Shown piece by piece: positions 27,210 through 40,479 of a DNA stretch of 64,000 nucleotides. Position numbers and translations under genes: made by a program. The notes beneath the pieces are model-generated. The model saw nothing but the letters and a program-made list of their open reading frames with translations. It did not search any database and was not told the DNA's origin. The stretch spans positions 10,292,001 through 10,356,000 of the forward strand of contig NC_091999.1 of NCBI RefSeq assembly GCF_044704955.1, in the 5' to 3' direction. This DNA comes from Pristiophorus japonicus. Its lineage: Eukaryota. Every line of letters begins with the position of its first letter. The first letter of the stretch is position 1.

Positions 27210-29330
27210 TACCGCTAAAGGGTGTATACTCAAGAGAAGTGTGTACGGAATAATGCAGATGAGATGAGAGCACATATAGACAGTTGGGAGTATGATATTA
27301 TAGCTATTACTGACAAATGGTTGAAAGAAGGGCAGGTATGTCAGCTCAACATTCCTGTTTACTGGGTTTTCAGAGGTGACAGAAAGGAAGATAAAACGGA
27401 GGAGGGGTTGCAGCATGGATTAAAAATTCAATTACAGCTGTTAGGAGGGAAGATATGCAGAAGGATCATCAAGTAAGACCATATGGGTTGAATACAAGAA
27501 CTAAAAAGGGGCAATTACACTGCTGGGAATGCACTGTAGACCCTCAAATAGTCAGCGAGAGACAAGAGCAAAACGTGCAGGCACATTTCTGAGAACTGCA
27601 AAAACTATTGGACAGTAATCTTAGGGGATTTCTCCTACCCTCATATTAACTGGGATAGAATAAGTGTGAAAGATATAGAGTTTGCAGATTTTCAAAAATG
27701 CATTCAGGTGAGTTTTTTTAGTCAGTGTGTAGCAAGCCGAGGAAGGGAGGGTTCTGCACTTAATGTTATCGAACGAATCTGGGCAGGTGGAAGGGATATT
27801 TTTGGGAGAGCATGATGGTGATAGTGATCAAAATTCAGTTAGATTAGGGTCGTTATGGAAAAGGACAAAGATAGACAAGGAATAATAATTCTCAATTGGG
27901 GGCAAGCCAAAGTGGATTGGAAACAGCTAATTGAAGGTAAATCATTGTCAGAGCAGTGAGAGACATTCAAGGTGGAGATCCTAAGAGCAAGAATGTTCCT
28001 TTAACGAAAAAGAGTGGGACGAACAAATCTTGAGCACTCGTGATGTCAAGCAGCGTACAGAGTAGGATAAAGAAAAAAAGGGACGTTTATAACAGATACC
28101 CAGGGCTCAATATGGCAGAAAACCTGGAGGAGTATAGCAAGTGCAGGGGTGAAATTAAAAATGAAATTATGAAAGCAATGAGATGAAAAAAAGTTTGGCA
28201 GGTAAATCTAGGAAAAGCCAAAGAAGTTTTGTAAATACATTAAGAGCAAGAGGATAAAAAAGAGTCGGGCCTATTGGAGACCATAAAGGTAATCTGTATG
28301 TTGAGACGGATGCCGTCGGTGTGATTCTTAATGAATACTTTGCGTCTGTTTTCACAATATAGAGGGGTGAAACAGACATTACAATCAGGGAGGAGGAGTG
28401 TGAAATATTAAATAAACACAGCGAGAGAGGAATTGTTAACAGGTTTAGCAGCTTTGAGAGTGGATCAATACCCAGGCTCGGGTGAAATGTATCCCAGGCT
28501 GTAACGAAAAGCACATGTGGAAATAGCAGAGGCTCTGACCATCATTTTCCTAACCTATCTGGCTACAGAGAGGACTGGAGGACTGCTCATGGTGTACCGT
28601 TGTTTAAAAAGGGAGAAAGGGACAGACAGAATAATTACATGCCAGTAAGCCTAATCTCGGTGGTGGTAAAATTATTGGAAGAAACTTTGAGGGACAGGAC
28701 ACATCTTCATTGAGAAAGACACGGATTAATCAAGGATAGTCAGCATGGATTTGTTAAAGGAAGTTCGTGTCTGACTAACTTGATACAAATTTTCGAGGAA
28801 ATAAGAAGAAGGTTCAATCAGGGTAGTTGTTTTGATGTAGTGTATGAGGATTCAAGCAAGGCTTTTGATAAGGTCCCACATGGAAGACATGTCACAATAG
28901 TAAACGCCCATATGATCACAGCGAAAGTGACAAGTTGGATCCAAGTTTGGCTCAGAGGCAGGAAGCCAACCGTAATGCTCATTGGGTGTTTTGTTTGACT
29001 GAAAGGCTGTTTCCAGTACGGTTCCACAGGGGTCAGTAGGATTCTATGATTCTATGATAAGGGCTCAGACATTTAGGTCTGCAGTGAGGAGCAATTTCTT
29101 CACTCAGAAGGTTGTGAAGCTTTGGTATTCTCTACCCCAGAGGCCTGTGGATGCTGAATGGTGGATTATGTTCAAGACTGAGATCTATAGATTATTGAGC
29201 AGTAATGGAATCAAGGGATATGGGATTTGGGCGGGAATGTGGATTGATGTGCAAGTTCAGCCATGATCTTATTGAATCCAGGAGTTGGCTAGATGGGAGG
29301 TGCAATTTTCCCCTGCTCCTAATTCTTAAA
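27210..29330 (+). mobile_element. Decayed CR1 ORF2 including an APE endonuclease remnant and RT
   Basis: RAHIDSWEYDIIAITDKWL (endonuclease-like), QHGFVKG, SKAFDKVPH; many stops. Confidence 0.85.
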
Positions 29331-30412
29331 TTCTTACAAAAGCAATTCCATGCATGTGGATTCTTCTAACTTTTCCCAGAGCGCTATCCAACTGTTTATC
29401 CCGCGGTCTCTCACTTAATTTCTCTCCCATTATCTCTATCTGTGTTTCTCGCCCTATCTCTCCCTTAAACTGTTTCACTGTATCTATAACGATGTTTCTC
29501 CCTCTGTCTCTTAGTTAATGACAGATTTGAAAAGTAAGTAGGAAGACGTCACCTCATGTACTGCACCATTTCAAGAAGGAAGCTCATCACCAACTTCTGA
29601 AGGGCAATTAGGAATGAGCAACAAATGCTGGCCTTGCCATTGACGCCCCTCTCCCATGAAATAATAAAAACCCCGAATGGGCAGCCAGATAGTGCTCTTT
29701 TATGTCAATAGTTTTTGAGCAGTTAAAATATCCAAGTGTTTTTTTTTTCGGATTCCTTTCCTGGGAGATTACATTCGATTAGCTGACGGTTACTGTTGTG
29801 GAACGCCAGTGTAGTCAATACTGTGTTGCCATTGCAAACAGCGCATGACACCTATATCCTGCCCCTGCCACAACAATATATCTCAAACCTTCCCGCATTC
29901 ATTTCAAGTCCTTCCCATCCAAAACTCACTTTATCGCCTCTATTTAATGGTGGAGAAGTATTAGCTTGAAACCAGCTAACCTGTGCAGTCCCATGAGATA
30001 AAATAGATCTCCGTTCGTTCTGCCCTCAAAGTTTTCGAAACCAAATCCGAGAGGGAGATAGGTCAGTGTTTACCCCACTGCCCAATCATACAGAGGATCC
30101 CACTGCGCTCTGTTTGGGTGGAGTTATTTTAGTTACCTGCCAGTACAGCATGAGTTAATGGATAATTTGGCGGCTTTTGTTCAAGAGGAGAAATGATAAT
30201 CTGTGCAACCAGAGGGCGTGTTCGTTAGAATAAAGCGTCAGCACTAGCATTCTTCCCTGGCCCTCAGTGAGGAAATATAAGATACTTACCATCATACCTG
30301 AAAATCATATCATCGACTACACCTCAGCATAACCCCGAAATAATGGAGTAGTCCAATAATATTCTTGATTCAGTCGGATAAACTAGGAACTGGCATAAAC
30401 TAGGGATTCGTC

Positions 30413-30857
30413 ATTAATGGAATTGTAGTTTTCACTTTTCTGATTTTAGGTGAGTGTCGATGTGCTGAAAAGCATTCGCTTTTAAAAATAATTTATTGTG
30501 TTTAATTTTCCACCTCCTTTGTATCTGCAGTTTTCGGTGGCGAGGCTGTGATCCACCGACCACAGCAGGTGTTTGCAGAAGAGGGGGGATCGATTGAAAT
30601 CCCGTGCAATGCAAGCACCAGCGGCTCTGATGGTATATTATGGTACATCCAACTGCAGGACCGTGGCCTGAAATTTATCATACCGACTATCCTGGCCAAC
30701 GCCACTGAAGGACGATTCAAATTCTTCAGTGAAGCAATACAAAGTTAAGAAGTTAAAACATTCTCGTTATGGACAGCAATGCGGTCTCAGAGGTTGGTGT
30801 ATATTAGTATGCAGTGAGGCACTGTGAAGAAAGGCTGGGCGCTCCAGTACAATATCT
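30413..30857 (+). pseudogene. TCR V pseudogene, family B; RSS CACTGTG-22-ACAATATCT
   Basis: ATG to ATT in leader; EEGGSIEIPC..LWYIQ; stop in FR3; YYC reads TAT TAG TAT. Confidence 0.85.
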
Positions 30858-31643
30858 CCTGCAATTTCCTATCAGACAATCTTAGCACCCTTCCACAACT
30901 CTCCTGAATGGGTAGTCCCCTTTTTTGTGTAAAGTTCCATTCATCCAGTAAGGAAACGGTCAATCAGAACTTCTTGCAAGATTTTGACTCATTTGTTCTG
31001 TACAGTTTGACAAGCTCTATTCATCGTGCAAGGGAAGGGTTCATCACACTGACCTGAACTCTATTAATGTTCTACTGCGACTTATTTCTCTTCATATTGT
31101 AATTAATTTCTCTCATATTATAGGTGACTTTTGTCGGATTTACAACATCCCTGTGTTCAATTCCCTCGGGACTGATAGGCCTTCTATATCACGCTTTCTA
31201 TTGGCTATGGCTAGTTCTAATAGTAAGTGAGCAATACTTTTAATGGGAGTGGCCTACACAGATACCAGAAGAGCATTTACTATTTCGCTTCACTGCCTCC
31301 ATCTCACCTGTTAAAGGACCGACATTGGGTTTAATTCCCGTCCAGTTCTCTGTTGTGAGAACAATTTCACTCCATTTAGCGCTGCTCGCTGTGATGTACT
31401 GAATTGGAGAACAGAGGAACTGTTAGCCGATTGGATCAATTGGAGAACAAAGGAGCTGTGAACTGATTCGACGAATAGCAGAACAAAGGACCCGTGATCT
31501 GATTCGATATCACCTGCTGACACGGTCATGAATGAACAATCGGCAAAGACACTGGATATTAATCAACAAATTCCCAAATCTTGGCTAAAACAATTTCAGG
31601 TTCAAATCGTTCTGTTCCAATCCGCAATCAACTCTCTGTAAAT

Positions 31644-32203
31644 ATGTTGGGTATGACGTTTTTATTAAATTTCCACAGCTGCAGCTCTCTTAACTGGTAA
31701 AGTTTACAAGTTACACAATCTTCTTCTTCCAGGTGTCATTGAAATACTTATAACGTTGTTCTCTCTCTATGTCCAATGTATTCTGTCACGTAATGATTTA
31801 GTTACAACAAAGTGATGAAAAAAGGTTGAAGTTCTGTATTTCTCAATTTCTGCAACTGTTAGTGGCGGAGACTCGATCTCACAGGGGCTGGTTGCAGAAA
31901 CGCAGTTGGAATGAGACGCGTTGACAATTAATTACAGCTTTTCGACCACTGATCATTTCCATTTCTTACAGCTGTACCGGCAGAATGGCGAAAAAGGACC
32001 CACAATCCTAATCTATATCCTATCGTATGGGGATGTTTTCAGAACAGATGGCATGCCTGCTCAATTTTCCACATCTCTCGATACTTGGCAATGTGAGGGG
32101 AATTTCACCATCGGCTACTTGCGGCCTTCTGACAGCGGGGTGTATTACTGCGGGCGGAAACTGACACAGGGGCAGGAACCGAAGGGAGCCTCGTAAAAAA
32201 ACG
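31644..32203 (+). pseudogene. TCR V pseudogene, family C; RSS CACAGGG-23-AAAAAAACG
   Basis: Frameshifted leader, lost acceptor, TGA in FR1; TINYSF..LQLYRQ..DSGVYYCG. Confidence 0.85.
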
Positions 32204-32559
32204 CTGCTGCAATCTGACAAGTTGAAAGGGACAGTGTGAAAAGTGGGGAGAAACGGGGACTGTCAGTAGGTATTGCAGGAGAGTGTCCATCAAAATCAAA
32301 CAAATAAGTAGCTATCCAGCTTACAATCCAGAACTGGAATAATGTTTATTATTAATAATAATCTTGCTGTTACTATCATAATAAGTTGTTTGATGGACAA
32401 TGCTTCCAATCCATGTTCATATAATGGTCACCTCAACTTTCAATCTTAGTGAAACAGATGTAAAACCAGTTCTCATTCAGTGTCAGAAACGCAATCAGAC
32501 CTCACACTCCGGTCATCAAGAAAATAAGTTAATGGTGGGGGCAGTTCAGGAATGAATTT

Positions 32560-32940
32560 AGAAATCATTTGAGGGTTTCAAAAACATCGGAACAACGCAT
32601 CCTCCCCTGAAATGTGACACACAACCCATATTTTGGCGGCTGCACGGGGAGCTGATGGTACCAGCACATATAATGTGCCACACCACTTGCTTTCAAAGTT
32701 CGTGTGACATTACATTCCCTCTTCAACCGTCATTTCTGGAACTGGCTGTTCTACTGCTCCTTGGAGGTCGACTTCTGACATAAAATAATAGTAATAGCCA
32801 TTATCATCACTGTCATCACTGGATCAATGATAACATCTGGGTTGCAGCAGTCTGGGGAGAATGGATTTTTACTGGGAAGGAAATGCTTACTAAGAAGTTA
32901 TATAATGACGAGGAGCGATGTGGGATGGTTCTACATCATC
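32560..32940 (-). pseudogene. Truncated TCR V relic, paralog of 18190-18586
   Basis: Leader ATG TAG; VEQPVPEMTVEE..CWYHQ; truncated at a similar point. Confidence 0.7.
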
Positions 32941-33872
32941 CTCCCTGAGTCTGATACACTGCAGTCTGGAAAATCCTCTGTCGGGACGGAAATACAGATC
33001 CCCGCTCCACTGTACTTCTGATCCAAGCAATGGCGAAGAGGGAGCAGCGGCAGCAATTTCTCCAATAACATAAGGCTGGTCAGAGCAAGAGCAGCAAACG
33101 GAAGCTGTGGGCGGCGCAGCCGCAGATACACATTGAGTGAATTCAACTCTCTGTGCACCTGCAGAGTCTGCGCAGCGCCAATGAACTGCAATCGCAACTG
33201 ATGGAGTGGAAAGGTTGTTGGCAGGGTGGAGAAGTCTGTGGCCAAACTGATCCTGCACACTGAGCAAGTGACTGGAAATAAATAGAGTGGGAGGGACAAG
33301 AAGTGATTGCACAGCTTCAGAAATATTCCTATTTAACCAACTCAATACTAGAGTTTTGAGACACAATATCTGCCACTGGTGTTTTATATATGATCCAAAA
33401 AACTTAAATCCCCTCAATGACTTTAATTTAAATCGAATTGAACAAATACCGCCAGTAGACGGCGCCAAACTCAAGCTTGGTTATGAGAAATTCACATGAT
33501 GCATACATCAAAGCCAATAATGACCGCAGGCAAAGGAAGTCATAATGGAGTCGACCTCTGCAGCGTGTGGGTTGAACGGTGAGCTGGACAGGCGGCGGGT
33601 TACCTCTCCCACTTTCTCAATCTCTGCCTCAAGTTACTGCGAGTGATTCAATCAGACTTATTTCTCATAATACTGGTGGCTATGCAGTAAGTACTGAATT
33701 ATATGAAAAACCCAGGTTAGCAGACTGATGCAAAGAATTTGTGCAGGCAATCTGAACTATCCATACAATGAAGAGCTGGGTTCATGTGAGGTAACATACG
33801 CACACACAGATAGACAAAAATTGTAATCGACACTGTGTCAGCTCCTGTTCTACTGTCTTCCTTTCTTCACAG

Positions 33873-34186
33873 GCGATTATGTGCGAATCCAGCAGCGCAG
33901 TCTCCGGTGACAATAGAGGTGTCATCAGGGTGTTCGGTGCAGTCAGATTGCGAACATACAACCCCGGATATTGACATCGTACAATGGTGCCGGTAGAAAC
34001 CGTCAGAGCATCCAAGCACAATAATTAGAAAATATCCGCACTATTGGGAGTCGAAACATCAGGAAAATAATCGGCGGCTGCAAGCAAGTGTAGAAAAAAC
34101 ATTTATCAATTTGTGCAGGACGGGCGGTCAATTACAATGCAGTGAATTACAGCGTCAGATAAAAGCAAAAGCCCCAGACATAAATC
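33873..34186 (+). pseudogene. TCR V pseudogene, family D; RSS TACAGCG-23-ACATAAATC
   Basis: Paralog of the 19535 exon (SVQSDCEHT..QWCR-stop). Confidence 0.72.
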
Positions 34187-34204
34187 TCAGCATGTATTTA
34201 TAGT

Positions 34205-34725
34205 TTCATAAGAACATAACAACATAAGTAATAGGAGCAGGATTAGGCCAGACGGCCCCTCGAGTTTGCTCTGCCGTTCAATAAAATCATGGCTGATCCG
34301 ATCATGGACTTAACTCCACTTCCCCGCCCGCACCCCATAACCCCTTATCCCCTTATCATTTAAGAAACTGTCTATTCTGTCTCAAATTTATTCGATGTCC
34401 CAACTTCCACAGCTCTCTGTGGCAGCGAATTCCACTGATTTACAACCCTCTGAGAGAAGCAATTTGTCCTCATCTCTGTTTTAAACGGGCGGCCACTTAT
34501 TCTAATATCATGCCCTCTAGTTCTATTCTCCACCATCAGTGGAATCATCCTCTCTGCATCCAGCTTGTCAAGCCCCCGCATAATCTAATGTTTCGATAAG
34601 ATCACCTCTCATTCTTCTGAATTCCAATGAGTAGAGGTCCAACCTAATCAACATTTCCTCATAAGTCAACACCCTCATCGCCCAGAATCAACCTCGTAAA
34701 TATTCTCTGAACTGCCTCCAAACAT
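34205..34725 (-). mobile_element. CR1 LINE 3' fragment
   Basis: ORF 34372-34581; cataagaa tail. Confidence 0.85.
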
Positions 34726-34739
34726 GTGATCTTTCGTGC

Positions 34740-35185
34740 TTTTCTGTCTCGGCTCAGTTTGATCACAAAGTGATGGAGACCAAATTCTGTCAGGTTGCTA
34801 GATGAAGTCCGTGCTTGCATTCGTGTTCTTATCCTTGTCCAAAAATGCAGAGAATGTTCTCGGAAATGCAGCGAATTATTACACTGCCCCGAGCAATATC
34901 TTCCTGGAAGTATCTCGGAGCTTACAGGGGTGCTGATGTAGCAGCAGAGGGAGGACAAACTCTCAGATCTGGAGAACGTACAGCTGAGTATTATGGTCTG
35001 TTCTTCTAACCGTCAGTTCAGACGGATCCTAGGACACTGAGTCTGCGCCCCAGGTTCCTGTAACAAAACACAGAAAGTGTGAAAATTCATGGAGTGTACA
35101 TAACCCATGAAACACATACTGAGCATTTAAACATAGACTCACTGGGCAGCAAGACAATTGTCAGCAAGGAACATGGATAGTACAT
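34740..35185 (-). pseudogene. Degenerate TCR V pseudogene, paralog of 19900-20300
   Basis: Leader MYYPCSLLTIVLLP; ADSVS-stop-DPSELTV..IILSCTF. Confidence 0.72.
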
Positions 35186-35390
35186 GGGAAGGAGCCCTTC
35201 TTAGAGTGGGACGGAAAATAGCAAATTTTTTATAATATGTTGGATCTTCTCGTCTGTTAATAAAGAATAAACTGAGATCTGGAGCAGGCTTCCCTTCTTG
35301 GGAAACTGAGGGGGCGTTCACAAGGACAGTATTATAAATCACCCAGCGCTCTGATAACGGCAGAGAATAGGAGTCTTGAGGCCCCCGGAT

Positions 35391-36050
35391 GTTTTTTTTA
35401 CTGTCTCTGCCGATCTTTGCTGCACTGTGTTATCACTGCACAGAAATAGGTGGCGGCGTCTGTTGCTCAAGCGTCACAAGCATTCAGATCACTGCGCTTC
35501 TCTGCTGAACTGAACCGAGCCTTGATCCTGCTCTGATCGCTGGTACCAGATGCCACGTGCTGCATGGATCGCCTCGGGTATTGTCTGTACCATTGCAGGA
35601 TCGGTCCTGCTACTGTCATGATGCAGGTCAACGATGCAGTTTTTCCCTCGTTTAAAACCACTGACTTTGGAAACTGCGATACGTCTTCTCTACCTGTGGC
35701 ACCTAAGAGGGGTATGTAGATATTAATATGATATAAAATAACATCATGCGATATAATATATCATACAGAAGTTGATATAATATTATCGAATATGCATTGA
35801 ATTATCATGTCATATAAGTAATGCAATGTAAAAATATAGTATAATTTTATAACGTAATAAAGTAGAATAGAACATAATATAACCTAATACAATATAGCAT
35901 AATACAACATAATATAATACAATGTAATAAAATACAAAATAACATAACATAAAATAATAATATATAAACAATAAAAAATACATTTAAGATGTAAAATATT
36001 TCCAACAGATGGATTGTGACCACACAGGCAGGAAGGGGAGAGTAAGACAT
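35391..36050 (-). pseudogene. TCR V pseudogene with one in-frame TGA; RSS CACAGTG-23-AAAAAAAAC
   Basis: EDVSQFPKSVVLNEGKTASLTC..WYRQYP..DA-stop-ATDAATYFCAVI; leader MSYSPLPACVVTIHLL at 36050 without a clear donor; intron filled by an AT-rich repeat (~35720-35990). Confidence 0.85.
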
Positions 36051-37614
36051 TCGGGAAGATAATCACTAAAGTAAAGTCCAGCTTCATGTCGGATCCTTTT
36101 GACTTGTGTAAAGTAACTGCCAGCAGAGCTACGCTGAGACAAGTTCCTGGAGAAGGCAGCGCTGTTGTGTATCAATCTGAGCCGAATATCCCACTGTGCC
36201 CGGCACAAACGGGCCTCTGGGACTCAAGGGGTGAACCTGTGAGGGAGGCTCAGAGCTCAGCATTGATGGGGGTTGGGGGACGGGTACCGTGCATGTGTCG
36301 GGACATCCGCGAGTGATTCTGAATGAAATAGGCAGAGGGAGAGCACAAATAGTGAACAATGTCTGCGAGTTCAGCTCAAAGAGGGCCCTGTCACCAGATG
36401 GCGGTGACTGACCATTGTTTCCCACGCGGGTCACGTTTCATCAGCACATACAGACTAATTTGATTTTGATATTAATTAATAGGAAATTCCTCCTCACCTT
36501 TCAGATTTATGGTCACTTAATTTACATCGTCCACTTACAGTTGAACAGTTCCACACATTACTTGACTGTAAATGAGCTTGTCAACTCAAGTTGATAGTTT
36601 TGATAAATATATTTCTCATTATTAATTACAATTCAGAATGCGTTGGTCTTGTGTTATATTATCCAACATCTGATTTCACCCTCAAAATGTAACCCCAAAT
36701 CAGTGATGAAGTTGATTGTAGCTAAAATAATTACTCTGGAAATCCTTTTGCAAGCCTGGAAATAACAATTCTTTTCGAGAAGTCGAGTTACATTGTTCGC
36801 AAAGGGTACGGCATTATTGAGGTAATTTCCTTGCACATGTATTGTCTGTGTTGTACAGCTGAATGCTGCAATTAAACAAACGGCGCCAACAGATATTAAA
36901 TCAGTTTGACCTGTCAATGTGAATATCGCTTGTATAGCGACTCTAGATACTGGCGAATATCCGACCGGTTCTCCGCTGCATTCCTTGCACATGTGGGGTA
37001 TTTATCCCGCTCTCTTTTAAATTCACCGCTAGCTATTTAAACACCACTCGTGAAGTATTTATGTTCTTCATTGTCCCTTCTCATGTACAATACTTTACAC
37101 TTTTCTAGAAAAAGTTACATCTACCATAATCGTCTTTAGTTTTTCTGTCTCGCGTAGATGGGTCCATTCATCGGGATCGCTACTCTTAATTTCTCCCCAT
37201 GTATTGTGCAGCCGCTGAAGCCTGATCAGTGAATCTTTCTGATACACGGACCACCTCAGTCACCAACAGAAATGGAGACGCATTTATCCCTTTTGTCTGG
37301 ACAGGTTTTGAACGCAGAATACCACAGCATGATAGGATTGCTCCGGACCCATTACCAGGACCCACTATATTGAAGAGACACCAATCGCTTCTGACGTTTA
37401 CAAAGGGACACCAGACCAAATATCGGGTGCGTCGGTGAGAAACTCGTCAGGCATCTGTTTATTGGATACAGAAGAAGCTCGTTATAAGGATCAGACACCT
37501 TTGCCAGTCGCTGGCAAATTATAACATCAGTTATAGATCTGACCAACCATACAGACATATTTTCAGACAATCGATATCGCTAGAATTTGCAGAACCAATA
37601 CCTTGTATTAAAAT

Positions 37615-38034
37615 ATGTCGAATTGGGACATTCAGATTCTTATTTCCATGTAACTATTCAGACTTAAGAAGACTGGATTGGAAAAAAACCTGTTGAACGT
37701 GTTGCGTGTTTGTCTTTTTTTAGCAGGAGACAGTGGTGAGGACGGAACATCCCAAACCGAGCAGGTGACGGCGGCGGAGGGACAGTCTATTCAAATACAG
37801 TGCTATGTGACCACCAGCAGCAGCGATATGGTTTTGTGATACCGGCACCGGAATTTACAGTCTCCGCCTGTCAGACTAATATAACCGATGAGTGGCGACG
37901 GTTCGATTTGTTTGTTGACAAAAAGAGTGTTATATTATTTTCGGTGTGCTGAAAATCGCGGCTTCAGACTCCGGGCTGTTTACTGCATGAAGATCCGCAC
38001 TGAGACAAACGGTGATACATCCTGTACAACAACT
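37615..38034 (+). pseudogene. TCR V pseudogene; RSS CGCACTG-23-ACAACAACT
   Basis: Exon from 37727 EQVTAAEGQSIQIQC..VL-stop-YRH..SDSG..YC. Confidence 0.78.
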
Positions 38035-38639
38035 CTCATTCCTCTCAATCATCGCGATCAGGATATTTATTCTCATTATCTTGTGTCTCCCTTTGTAAAA
38101 CAAAGATTCAGAATTGCATTATTGTAATTTAGTGTCATCTGACAAAGATATACAGGATTAAAGTATTGGTGAATGAACGGATTTAGTCATTAACTGTGAT
38201 TTGACTGGGATACATCAAATATGGTGACCTCATATTATTAAATAATCATTTAGGAAGCTCCAGGGATTGCCAATAAATGCTGGCCTTCCAAGCGACGCAG
38301 GCATCCAGCGAAGAATTCAAAATAAGTTTGTATAACAGTATATGGCGTTTTCAGTTTTATTATTTAGTGTTACTTCAAATGAATTAAATGTAAATGGAAG
38401 TTACTACAATATTTAGATCTGCGAGGGTTTAATGTCTCCCTGCAGTAAACATCTTCTTCACAGTAAATAAATAGGAAAGCAATCCAAATAATTCTGGGAG
38501 AGAATTCTTCGTTTGACAAATTCGACAAATACACATTTATCCGAAACCACCACCAGCTGGCGCGCCTGTCCATCAGGAATTTTCACGTTGATACAGAACT
38601 TAAAGCACAATCAAAAAATTGCCGGTTCTCTTTGTCAAA

Positions 38640-38695
38640 GACTACGAAAGCATCGTGTCCGGAGACCATATGAACCTTACGGTAACGAGGTAAGT
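38640..38695 (+). other. Possible degenerate J-segment relic with splice donor
   Basis: DYESIVSGDHMNLTVT then GTAAGT, resembling xYxKxxFGxGTxLTV; no RSS found upstream. Confidence 0.35.
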
Positions 38696-39265
38696 ATTCA
38701 CTTAAAGGAGTAAAGGAGGAGTAAAATTTAGGAATTCAGATTCTGAAAATTTGGAACAAGCTGGAAAATCCTATGATTCCAAGATCGCGATTACTATTTC
38801 AGATTGAAATGCGACACAGATCAAATCTTTGTGAACAATTTAATCTGTTGTTGCACATAGCTGTCAGAGGCATTCCTGGTTCAAGAATTAGTTGTTTTGA
38901 GAGACAGCGAATTCACGCCTGGGACTGGGAATGACGTCAGGTGACAACATTCAATAATAGGCCGATTGGTGAGAATGTCGCCCATCAGTGGCACACTGTA
39001 TGGGGCGAATATAAAGCTCTCCCCTCACATCCCCGTCACCATCATTAAAATTCTGGTATTCGGCAGCACGGTCCAGTGTGGAAATCAGACCATAATTGAT
39101 CCGCTTTTGTCCACCTTTATCGTCATGAACAGGAACCTCCGCAAGGACCAATTTCCAGTTCGATGGTGCTGTTGATGTTGTATGAGTTTATTTATCCGAT
39201 CAGACGCCTTGGCTTTAGCAATTTCTTATTACCTTGTGTTGATGAGTGACATTGTTTTTTCACAG

Positions 39266-39585
39266 CCGTTCGGTGCGAGGATCAGAGCTCACATCCTCAG
39301 CATTTAGTGTCTCGGGAAGGACAACGGGCTGAACTGAACTGCCGGCTCTCCTTTTGTGCTACGGATATCGCAGCTTGGTAGAAACAAGTACTGACAGGGC
39401 GGCCAACATTTATCTGCTCCATATACCAGGGGAATGAGACCACAGGGCGCTACAAACTGTCTTTGACCGAGCGAAGAAGTCCAACTCCACCTCGATAGAA
39501 GGCACTGTGAGCAGAGACGCCGGAGTGTATCACTGTGTGGTGCAGACATGGTGAGGGAAAGAGCGGCTCCAACAGCACAATATCA
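39266..39585 (+). pseudogene. TCR V pseudogene; RSS CATGGTG-23-ACAATATCA
   Basis: REGQRAELNCRLSFC..AW-stop-KQ..frameshift..DAGVYHCVV. Confidence 0.8.
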
Positions 39586-39789
39586 TGTTTGTTGTCGTCT
39601 TTCTGCTGCAAAATCAACCTTTCCCCGAATCAAGTTCTTTAGAGATGCCGGTGTTGTACAGAAATCGCACTTTCACATGTTTAAGCATCCGTCTGCTAAA
39701 ATTATTACATTTTATAGCTGTAACAACCAACATAGTGCATCGAACCGTATTAACTAAGGTTTTCTATGTTTGGTTGTACAATACAGAGT

Positions 39790-39860
39790 GAATAGATAGA
39801 TCGATAGATGGAAAGATAGATAGATAGGCAGATAGATAGATAGACAGGCAGATAGATCGA
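39790..39860. repeat. (GATA)n microsatellite
   Basis: Direct reading. Confidence 0.85.
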
Positions 39861-39944
39861 TTAGTCCAGGATTCCCATATCCACCCATTTTATTACATTC
39901 TCCTTGGATGTATCTTCAGTTTAATTCTTATTCCTGCTTTGGCA

Positions 39945-40264
39945 GCAGCTCCTTGTCACTCGTGGGAGTTGAAATATCGATGTATTGGGAAACCGAAAGA
40001 CAAACCATATTGATTCATCACAAAATTACATTCACTACAAATGACTTTGCATTGTGCTACTGACAGTTCACCAATCAATCTCCCTAGTATCCCAGCTCCA
40101 CATTCAGAAAGGAAGTAGTTCAGCTCAAGTTTAAAGTGTCTATTGACCGTGAGAAATTCTGCAACACTCTCACCATAAACGCGGCGGGGCTATCAAATGC
40201 CGCAGTGTATTGCACTGCAGTGAGACAAGGTAAAACAAAGAGGTGAGGAGCCTGTATCAGAACT
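39945..40264 (+). pseudogene. Highly degenerate TCR V pseudogene; RSS-like CAAGGTA-23-ATCAGAACT
   Basis: KFKVSIDREKFCNTLTINAAGLSNAAVYCTAVR framework 3; stops upstream. Confidence 0.65.
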
Positions 40265-40479
40265 CACTCATTACGGGGACTGAGAAGACCACGGGTGGCA
40301 GGATCCAATGCGATACAAGTAAAATCAGCAAGGGGGTACTTCAGATAAGTAAAGGACTTTATCAGTGCTATTAGTTTTAACAGAATAAAAATTAGATTCA
40401 TTGTTTAGTTGAAAATGCAAGTTTTCTTTTCACAATTTCACAAAATTACCCCCTGAAATAGGCAGAAGCTTAACTTACC

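Larger units (their letters stand above)
28470..35429 (+). repeat. Older direct segmental duplicate of the ~8000-20566 V cassette
   Basis: Same order of CR1, family B, C, truncated QQDT, D and minus-strand V relics, ending at paralogous RSSs. Confidence 0.82.

Noticed and set aside
32890-33474. 194-aa minus-strand ORF
   Set aside because: Spans a V promoter region whose paralog (18.6-19.1 kb) does not keep the frame
37190-37450. Faint V-like remnant (QSLLTFT)
   Set aside because: Too degenerate; no RSS
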